Below, one piece after another: positions 43,403-50,654 of a DNA stretch of 64,000 bases. Origin of the DNA: Candidatus Aminicenantes bacterium. Its GTDB lineage: Bacteria; Acidobacteriota; Aminicenantia; JAMOAD01. Within the stretch, counting starts at the first letter, position 1, and the number at the start of each line of letters is the position of its first letter. Both the position numbers and the translations under genes were made by a program. The stretch lies in the NCBI GenBank assembly GCA_027061995.1, contig JAMOUT010000057.1:65688-129687 (forward strand), written 5' to 3'. Below the pieces are notes generated by a model. It saw nothing but the letters and a program-made list of their open reading frames with translations, did no database searches and was not told where the DNA came from.

Positions 43403-45316
43403 CTATGAAAGATTTATACCGCTAAAATTACTTTGCAGACTCTGTAATAATTGCTGCATCTGTGCCATAGCCCTGTTTGCCGCATCAAATTCCTGAAATA
43501 ATCGTTGTCTCTCATCTTCAAGTTGATCTTTAAAAGATTCTATCTTCTCATTTATAGTTTCAATGTTTTTATCAAGATTATTTAACTCTTTTACCAATTG
43601 ACCTTCATTATTGATGTCAGTGCTCATTAATGATTCAAGTTTGTTATTTAAATTGGAAACAACACCATAACTCAATTGAACATTACCAAATGAACCGGAG
43701 GAACTCATTGTTCCGTATATTTTAAGACCTTTTACAGGACCTTCTGTCCCGGTTAGAGTTCTTCCTTCTCCGGTAGCTGCGTATCCTCCGATTGTGCCTG
43801 CTATATCTGTTCCCGTATCTGTCAATGCTGTTGTTCCTACTCCAGTGCCATTTGCGGTGGCTGCAATATCGGATACAACGGATAATGTTTCTGATGATCC
43901 GTAATTATCTGTTTCAAAAACAAGATAGTTTCCGTTGCTTGTCGCTGTAATCGGGATATTATTATCATCCATTTCAGTATTTATTTTATCCATGATATCG
44001 GTTAGAGTGTCATTTTCGGAAAGATTAACAGTGTAATTTTTTGATTTATATGTTATGGTAAGTGTCTCATCCTGAGCAATACCTCCCGAAGGAACCTCTT
44101 CACTTCCTTGAACTTTGGCGATTTCAGCCGCTTGAGTTATATTCACAGAATAAGTTCCCGCTTGAGTATCTTCTGTCCTTAAAAGGTATGTAACATTATC
44201 ATTGGTGGTAGAGCCTATTTCCTCAAACACTTTTTTTACACCTTGGTAATCATTTTGCAAGGCTGTTTCAAGTTTGTCGGTATCAAGATATATGGTTCCG
44301 TCATTGTTCATTTTGATTCCGATATCGATTAATGATTTATAGGTATCAGAGCTATTACTCCCTTCAATTTGTGATGTTATCATGGATTGGATGGAAGATT
44401 GAACCGAAAGAGCGGCTGAATTACCTGACAAAATTCCCGCTTTGCCCGCTGCTGAATTATATGTGAATTGTTTATTAAGATAACCGATGATATCATTATA
44501 TTTGGAGATAAAATCATTTAATTTTGATTCGACATTGGAAAAATCGTTAGAAATCTTGAGAGTGACGGTTTTACTTGCATCAGCCTCTTTTAAATTAAGG
44601 GTAACTCCTTCAATTACATCTGAGATTGTATTTGATGATCTTGTTATTGCATCACCCGCATCCGTTGTATTAACATTTATAAGAGCATCTTGGGCGGAAA
44701 TCTTTTCAGTCATATTTGTTCCTACGCTTGAATCGGATATTGTAAAAGCATAATCACTACCTGTTTCGGTTGAAGTGATTTGTAATTTATAATCCGAACC
44801 ATCATAGATGATAGTTGCTCTGACATCAAGCTCATCAAGATTATTAATCGCATCCCTTAAACCCGTTAAAGAGCGGGTATCACCCGTTATATCAATATTT
44901 TTGGTTTTTCCGTTTTGTGTTATTGAGAAAGTTGTTCCATCAGTCAGAACATTATCACTCGGTGATGAAAAACCATCCGAGGAATCGGATTCCACGGTGG
45001 CAAGTTGACGAACGATTATATAATAATCTCCGTTTTGAGCGCCGCTTTGGGTTGTCGCGGTTAATATATCTTCATTTGATACGGAGGCTGAGCCTGTTGA
45101 GATAGAATCAAAATTTGCCAAATTTTCCGAAACAGATTGAAGTGATGATACTTTGGTGTTTAGTGTTTGAAGAGCTTTTTTCTCGGCTTCATAATTATAT
45201 ATCTCATTTTGATAGGTGTTTAAAGGATAGCTTTTAGCATAAATTATTTTATTAACAAGATCATTTACATCAAGCGGTCCTGCCGCAAACATGCCGCTAT
45301 AAATAGAGCTATCCAT
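43403..45316 (-). CDS. fliD: flagellar filament cap protein FliD
   Basis: 637 aa; conserved N-terminal and C-terminal FliD helices; the N-terminus resembles the HAP2 N-terminal domain. Confidence 0.85.
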   Translation of the reverse strand: MDSSIYSGMFAAGPLDVNDLVNKIIYAKSYPLNTYQNEIYNYEAEKKALQTLNTKVSSLQSVSENLANFDSISTGSASVSNEDILTATTQSGAQNGDYYIIVRQLATVESDSSDGFSSPSDNVLTDGTTFSITQNGKTKNIDITGDTRSLTGLRDAINNLDELDVRATIIYDGSDYKLQITSTETGSDYAFTISDSSVGTNMTEKISAQDALINVNTTDAGDAITRSSNTISDVIEGVTLNLKEADASKTVTLKISNDFSNVESKLNDFISKYNDIIGYLNKQFTYNSAAGKAGILSGNSAALSVQSSIQSMITSQIEGSNSSDTYKSLIDIGIKMNNDGTIYLDTDKLETALQNDYQGVKKVFEEIGSTTNDNVTYLLRTEDTQAGTYSVNITQAAEIAKVQGSEEVPSGGIAQDETLTITYKSKNYTVNLSENDTLTDIMDKINTEMDDNNIPITATSNGNYLVFETDNYGSSETLSVVSDIAATANGTGVGTTALTDTGTDIAGTIGGYAATGEGRTLTGTEGPVKGLKIYGTMSSSGSFGNVQLSYGVVSNLNNKLESLMSTDINNEGQLVKELNNLDKNIETINEKIESFKDQLEDERQRLFQEFDAANRAMAQMQQLLQSLQSNFSGINLS

Positions 45317-45328
45317 TATTACCTCCTT

Positions 45329-45844
45329 TTATATGTTTTCATTAATGAAAACACCTTTTAAATTATCTCCTTTGGACATATATTCTCTGTTATTATTAAG
45401 TTTATCATTTTTCTGATTGATTTTGTAGAGCTCCACTATAAATTTATAAAACTCTTCGGGTGGTATCTGTCTGATAACCTTTTTTGTCTTTTTATCAAGA
45501 ATCTTAATGAGATTTCTTTTTGTAATTTTGTCCTTTTCAAATTTTAGTTCGGTATTTTCAAGGTTATTAAGTTTTGCATTTAATTTTTCCAGATTTTCAT
45601 TAAGAGGTTTGTTTTTGTCAAACGGTGTTTTTTCTTTATTGTTTAATTGAATCGGATTATCGGTGGACTTTATTTTGTCATTATCATTTTTGAAGATTTC
45701 GACCACATCGGAATTATCCGAAGAATTGCGATCTCTGTATATTTTAGAAGAAGAATCGGAAGTATCGGGAGGGGAGATTTGTTCCCCTCCCTTATTAAGT
45801 ACAGATAGTTCTTTATATTCTATATTTCCGGTTGTAACAAGCAT
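45329..45844 (-). CDS. flaG: flagellar protein FlaG
   Basis: 171 aa; C-terminal KVIRQIPPEEFYKFIVEL matches the FlaG family; positioned between flagellin and fliD. Confidence 0.75.
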   Translation of the reverse strand: MLVTTGNIEYKELSVLNKGGEQISPPDTSDSSSKIYRDRNSSDNSDVVEIFKNDNDKIKSTDNPIQLNNKEKTPFDKNKPLNENLEKLNAKLNNLENTELKFEKDKITKRNLIKILDKKTKKVIRQIPPEEFYKFIVELYKINQKNDKLNNNREYMSKGDNLKGVFINENI

Positions 45845-45889
45845 TTTTCACCTCTCTTAAAAATAAAGAGAGTCAGTGTTCGTTAAATA

Positions 45890-46723
45890 TTACCTGAACA
45901 ACCCTAATACCATCTGTGAAGAAGCGTTTGCCTGTCCGAGTGATGCCATACCACTTTGTAGCAATATCTGGAATTTGGTTAAGTTAACCATCTCCTGAGC
46001 CATATTAGCATCTCTGATAATTGACTCAGCACCTTTCAGGTTGATTGCCTGTGTGTTGATAATAGCGATTGAGTTCTGTAATCTGTTTGATTGTGCTCCG
46101 AGGACACCTCTCCATCTTGAGATAGAAGTTATGGCATTTCTTATCTCTGTTAAAGCTGATTGTGCTCCTGATGCAGTGCTCAAACTGCTTGTCAAACCAA
46201 GAGAACTTGTTGTCGCAGCTCCACCGATTGACAAAGTGATTGTGCTTTGAACATGTGTGTCTCCGACAAAGATTGTTTTTTGAACCGCACCTGAAGAACT
46301 GAAAAGATGTTCTCCCTTAAAGTTAACGGAACTGAAAACTCTGTCGATTTCAGCTTTAATTTGGCTATACTCGGTGTCGATTGTTTGTCTTTCGGTAGCA
46401 CCGACTGTTCCTGATGCTGATTCTTCGGCAAGTGTTACGGCTCTGTTTAAAAGATCGGTAACTTTTGCTAAAGCTCCATCAGCAATCTGGATGATACCGG
46501 ATGCATCATTTGCATTCCTGTAAGCTTGGTTCAGAGCATAGACATCAGCTTTTAAAAGGTTAGCAATAGCAAGACCTGCCGCATCATCTCCGGCATCAAC
46601 AATACGATAACCGGATGAAATTCTTGCGATAGTCTTGTTCAAACCGATGTTTGAAGAATAAAGATTTTGCTGTGCATACAGCGATGAAACATTAGTGATA
46701 ACACTAAAAGATTGTGCTCCCAT
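45890..46723 (-). CDS. fliC: flagellin (short, Hag-like, no hypervariable D2/D3 domain)
   Basis: 277 aa from the internal Met with a GGAGGAGG SD. N-terminal RISSGYRIVDAGDDAAGLAIA; C-terminal LGAQSNRLQ...SIIRDANMAQEMVNLTKFQILLQ...ASSQMVLGLFR. Confidence 0.9.
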   Translation of the reverse strand: MGAQSFSVITNVSSLYAQQNLYSSNIGLNKTIARISSGYRIVDAGDDAAGLAIANLLKADVYALNQAYRNANDASGIIQIADGALAKVTDLLNRAVTLAEESASGTVGATERQTIDTEYSQIKAEIDRVFSSVNFKGEHLFSSSGAVQKTIFVGDTHVQSTITLSIGGAATTSSLGLTSSLSTASGAQSALTEIRNAITSISRWRGVLGAQSNRLQNSIAIINTQAINLKGAESIIRDANMAQEMVNLTKFQILLQSGMASLGQANASSQMVLGLFR

Positions 46724-46750
46724 AAAGCACCTCCTCCATAAGGTTTTTTC

Positions 46751-46764
46751 GGGCATCCATGCCC
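46751..46764 (-). promoter_or_regulatory. 5' UTR hairpin with GGA in the loop (candidate CsrA binding site 1); the SD GGAGGAGG at 46730-46737 is a second GGA site
   Basis: Minus-strand RNA gggcaUGGAugccc: 5-bp stem with loop UGGA, and CAUGGAUG resembles the CsrA SELEX motif. It lies 20 nt upstream of the SD. Confidence 0.5.
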
Positions 46765-46783
46765 TGATTAAATTTCAATTATT

Positions 46784-46810
46784 AAATCGTAATAATTGAA
46801 AAAAACTTTA
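46784..46810 (-). promoter_or_regulatory. candidate sigma-28 (FliA/SigD) promoter for flagellin
   Basis: Minus strand TAAA-15nt-tACGATtt, compared with the consensus TAAA-N15-GCCGATAT. Confidence 0.35.
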
Positions 46811-46824
46811 GGGTATTTTTTATT

Positions 46825-47745
46825 TTATTTTTTATTTTCAAGATATGAGATTAAACTCATTGCAGCGGTTACACCGCTTCCGGCCGCAATGACAACTTGT
46901 GAGTATTCGTTTTTGACGGAATCTCCGGCTGCATAAACTCCTTCGACACTCGTTTTCTTTGTATAATCGGTAATTATATACCCTCTTTCATCAAGTTCTA
47001 TAAAACCTTTGAGAAAATTGGTATTAGGCGCATTTCCCACGAAAAGAAAAACTCCGTCAACTTTTATAAATTTTTCTTCTCCGGATTCTCTGTTTTTTAT
47101 TCTGATTCCCTCTATTTTATTATCTCCGACAATTTCCATAAGTTGGGTGTTTAAGAAAAATTCAACATTATCTTTTTCTTTTATCCTTTCCTGCAATATT
47201 TTCTCGGCATTGATTTTGGGCAAGAATTCAATATATTTTATACTTCTGACAAAATTAAGGGCGAAAAGACCCTCCTGTATTCCTGAATTTCCGGCTCCGA
47301 TTATTGCAATATCCTTATCTTTAAAAAAAGGTGCATCACAAGTTGCACAAAAAGCAACACCTTTACCAATAAACTTTTCCTCTCCCGGAACTCCGGTTCT
47401 TTTAGCGGAAGAACCGACCGCAATTATTATTCCCCTCGCTTCATATTCATCCCAATCGGTTTTAATGAGAAATCCGTCATCTTTTTTTATAATCTCTTTA
47501 ACTTCGTCAAACTCAAATTTGACACCGAAATTTTCAGCTTGTTTTTGCATATCATTAAGGAGATCGGTAGGATTAAGAGGTTTAGTGAAACCCGGATAAT
47601 TTTCAATCACATCACTTAATACTATTTGACCGCCGACAGCTGTTTTTTCTATAACAAGAGTTTTTAACAAACCTCTTGCGGTATAAATGGAAGCCGCGAC
47701 ACCAGCCGGGCCTCCACCTATTATAATTACATCATATTTTTCCAT
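46825..47745 (-). CDS. trxB: thioredoxin-disulfide reductase
   Basis: 306 aa; two FAD/NADPH GxGxxG motifs (IIGGGPAGVAA, IIGAGNSGIQEG); redox-active CATCDAPFF. Confidence 0.9.
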   Translation of the reverse strand: MEKYDVIIIGGGPAGVAASIYTARGLLKTLVIEKTAVGGQIVLSDVIENYPGFTKPLNPTDLLNDMQKQAENFGVKFEFDEVKEIIKKDDGFLIKTDWDEYEARGIIIAVGSSAKRTGVPGEEKFIGKGVAFCATCDAPFFKDKDIAIIGAGNSGIQEGLFALNFVRSIKYIEFLPKINAEKILQERIKEKDNVEFFLNTQLMEIVGDNKIEGIRIKNRESGEEKFIKVDGVFLFVGNAPNTNFLKGFIELDERGYIITDYTKKTSVEGVYAAGDSVKNEYSQVVIAAGSGVTAAMSLISYLENKK

Positions 47746-47768
47746 TTCTCACCTCTTGAAAACTCGAA

Positions 47769-48419
47769 TTATTTAACAGCTTCAAGAACATGTTTTACAT
47801 ATACTTTTTCAGGGACAGCACCTTCAAATTCTACACTGTCATTTACGATGCTCTTGGGAACTCCGTAAACATTATACTTTTGAGCTAACTCCTGATATTC
47901 CATAGATTCATACATTTTACCCGTAATATTTTTGTTAATAAACGCCAATTGATGTGCCAAAAATACGGCTTTGGGGCAGTATGGGCAGGTAGGGGTAACA
48001 AAAACCTTAATATCTACGGGTTTTTCAATTTTTTTAATCTCTTCCACCGCTTTGTCGGAGAGTTGATGTTTTCCTGTTGAAATCATTATGATATCCTCTA
48101 TGAAAGTGGAAAATTCATAACCTGAGGGGATGCCGTAAAATCTGATTCCGGTATCACTACCATCCTCTTTAAGCATCGCTATTGCAGGAGAATCCTCTAT
48201 CCCGTATTTTGCAGCTTCATCTTTACTATTGTGAAAATTGAATTCCGTTACCTCGATTTTGTCATCTAACTCTTTAACTTCGTCAAGAAGCATTTTAATC
48301 TCTTTGCAATATTGGCAATTCAATTCATTTGAGAAAAAAACTATCTTAACCTTTTTGTCTAATTCTTTTGAAAATTTCTCCTTTAAAAATTGTTTGTCTT
48401 TGTCTTCTAAAAGTCCCAT
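47769..48419 (-). CDS. glutaredoxin-like protein disulfide oxidoreductase with two thioredoxin folds (Pyrococcus/Thermotoga PDO type)
   Basis: 216 aa; two CxxC sites (CQYCKE and CPYCPKA), each in a thioredoxin-fold unit. Confidence 0.7.
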   Translation of the reverse strand: MGLLEDKDKQFLKEKFSKELDKKVKIVFFSNELNCQYCKEIKMLLDEVKELDDKIEVTEFNFHNSKDEAAKYGIEDSPAIAMLKEDGSDTGIRFYGIPSGYEFSTFIEDIIMISTGKHQLSDKAVEEIKKIEKPVDIKVFVTPTCPYCPKAVFLAHQLAFINKNITGKMYESMEYQELAQKYNVYGVPKSIVNDSVEFEGAVPEKVYVKHVLEAVK

Positions 48420-48420
48420 T

Positions 48421-48867
48421 TTATTCCTCCTTTAATTTTTTATTTTCGATTTTATATTCATAGGATACTTCTGCGGTTTTACTTAACATTGCAGATATTG
48501 AGCAATATTTATCATGTGATAATTTGATTGCTTTCGCAAATAATTTTTCATCAATATTATCACCTGTGATTTTAAACAATAATCTGATTTTCGTATATAC
48601 TTTCGGATGCTTTGGTGCTCTCTCGTATTCAAGAATCGAAATTTCAAAATCATCCCATTCGACCTCCATCTTTCTCAGTATGGCAACAACATCCATTCCC
48701 GTGCAACCGAGAAGACTTATAAGGCATAATTCCATAGGTCTTGTTGCTGTATCTTCACCTCCTACTTCCGGTCCTGCATCCATAACAACACTATGACCGG
48801 AATCACCGTTACCAACGAATTTCATCCCGTCAACCCATTTAATCTTTACACTCATTCTTACCTCCAA
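48421..48867 (-). CDS. OsmC/Ohr family peroxiredoxin
   Basis: 148 aa; LCLISLLGCTGMDV and HDKYCSISAML carry the two conserved Cys of OsmC. Confidence 0.8.
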   Translation of the reverse strand: MEVRMSVKIKWVDGMKFVGNGDSGHSVVMDAGPEVGGEDTATRPMELCLISLLGCTGMDVVAILRKMEVEWDDFEISILEYERAPKHPKVYTKIRLLFKITGDNIDEKLFAKAIKLSHDKYCSISAMLSKTAEVSYEYKIENKKLKEE

Positions 48868-49255
48868 TTAAAAGTTTTTCCAGTGTTATCGAACTCAAAT
48901 ATTTGTTTATCATATTATTAAGATTATCCCATACGGGGTATATATAACAATTTTTTTTATAGATACAATCTTTTTTTAAATCCTCACAATGTATAACATC
49001 TATCCTTTTTTCAAGGCATACGATTATATCCTTAAGAGTCAGTTCATCTGTTTTTTTTGTAAGGGAATATCCCCCTTTAGGGCCCCTTTTACCTTTAACG
49101 ATGCCACATGTTTCAAGATCGGAAAATATCCTTTCGAGATATTTTCTGGAAATAAGATATTTTTCCGATAACTCTCTTATCGAAACTGTTTTATCTTTCT
49201 CTTTAAACTCTCCGAGAGCTAATAATGCATATTTTGTTTTACTTGTTATTCTCAT
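48839..49255 (-). CDS. Rrf2 family transcriptional regulator
   Basis: 138 aa; wHTH N-terminus TSKTKYALLAL...SIRELSEKYLISRKYLERIFSDL...GPKGGY. Overlaps the osmC start and so probably regulates the redox operon. Confidence 0.8.
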   Translation of the reverse strand: MRITSKTKYALLALGEFKEKDKTVSIRELSEKYLISRKYLERIFSDLETCGIVKGKRGPKGGYSLTKKTDELTLKDIIVCLEKRIDVIHCEDLKKDCIYKKNCYIYPVWDNLNNMINKYLSSITLEKLLIGGKNECKD

Positions 49256-49340
49256 CTTAAAATCCTACTTTAATAGTAGGTATTATAGCACAAAAAAATA
49301 AAATATCAAAATTTTTCGGATAAGGAATTCATGGAAAATA

Positions 49341-50654
49341 TTATAAGAAATTTTTCATCCAAAAATCAAATTGTTCGGCCGCCTTTTGGGAAAGATATCT
49401 CCTTCTGTCTCTTTTATCCTTTATTTTAATTCCGGGGGGTTCAAGCAAACCGAAAACAAATTTTGTGGGTTGAAAATTTTTATAATTAGCATTTTCAAGA
49501 TAATATCCCAAAGCTCCGAGAGCTGTTGAGCGGGGAGGAGCAACAAGTTTTTCATTGTTAAGATGTTTTGCCATCATTATTCCAGCATAAAGACCTGAAG
49601 CAATAGCTTCAACATAACCTTCAAGACCTGAGAGTTGTCCCACTATAAATATATCTTTTATATCTTTTGATTGAAAAAAGCGGTTTAAAATCAAGGGAGC
49701 ATTTATATATGAATTTCTATGCATAACCCCGTATCTGACAAATTCAGCTTTCTCAAGCCCGGGAATAAGTCTGAACACCCTCTTTTGTTCACTCCATGTT
49801 AAACGGGTTTGAAAACCCACCAATTGATAGTGTTCCGCCGCCAAATTATCCTGTCGCAGTTGAACGACCGCATGAGGCATTTTACCTGTCCTGGGGTCGG
49901 TAAGCCCTATCGGTTTTAATGGTCCGAAAGCAAGTGTTCTTTCCCCCCTTGCGGCAAGTTCTTCTATCGGTAAACAAGCTTCGAAAAAAAGATGTTTTTC
50001 AAACTCTTTTAAAGGAACTTTTTCAGCATTTAAAAGTTCGGTGTAAAATCTTTTATATTCCTCTTCAGTAAAAGGGGCATTAAGATAATCTTCTCCCCCT
50101 CTGTCATATCTTGAGGCGGGAAAAACTATCTCTCTGTTTATGGAGGATACTTCAACAATAGGGGAGGTTGCATCATAAAAAAACAGATTCTCTCTTCCGG
50201 TAAATTTCATTAAACTAAAAGATAATTCTTTTGATGTCAAAGGACCGGTAGCTATAATTACAGGGGAATCAAAAGGGATCTTGGTTATCTCTTTTCGGGT
50301 AATAGTTAAATTTTCAAATTTTTCAAGCTCTTCGGTTATTCTTTTTGAGAAAAGTTCTCTATCAACCGCAAGAGCGTGACCTGCCGGGATGCTTGATTTT
50401 TCTCCGATTTTTAATAAAAGGGAATCCAAGAGTTTGAGCTCTCTTTTTAAGACTCCTCCCGAAGTATTCGGGTCACTTGAACCGAATGAATTGGAGCATA
50501 CTATTTCAGCGAGATAATCGGTTTTATGAGCCGGAGTCATGACCTCGGGGCGCATTTCGTATAAAACAACTTTAAATCCTCTTTTAAGAAGTTGGTAAGC
50601 GGCCTCGGAACCGGCTAATCCCCCTCCTATTATTGTAACAGTATTATTTTTCAT
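49341..50654 (-). CDS. trmFO: methylenetetrahydrofolate--tRNA-(uracil-5)-methyltransferase TrmFO (Gid)
   Basis: VTIIGGGLAGSEAAYQL FAD motif; SNSFGS motif. The internal Met MKNNTV start overlaps the topA stop by 11 nt; the topA-gid pair is as in Bacillus. Confidence 0.85.
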   Translation of the reverse strand: MKNNTVTIIGGGLAGSEAAYQLLKRGFKVVLYEMRPEVMTPAHKTDYLAEIVCSNSFGSSDPNTSGGVLKRELKLLDSLLLKIGEKSSIPAGHALAVDRELFSKRITEELEKFENLTITRKEITKIPFDSPVIIATGPLTSKELSFSLMKFTGRENLFFYDATSPIVEVSSINREIVFPASRYDRGGEDYLNAPFTEEEYKRFYTELLNAEKVPLKEFEKHLFFEACLPIEELAARGERTLAFGPLKPIGLTDPRTGKMPHAVVQLRQDNLAAEHYQLVGFQTRLTWSEQKRVFRLIPGLEKAEFVRYGVMHRNSYINAPLILNRFFQSKDIKDIFIVGQLSGLEGYVEAIASGLYAGIMMAKHLNNEKLVAPPRSTALGALGYYLENANYKNFQPTKFVFGLLEPPGIKIKDKRDRRRYLSQKAAEQFDFWMKNFL

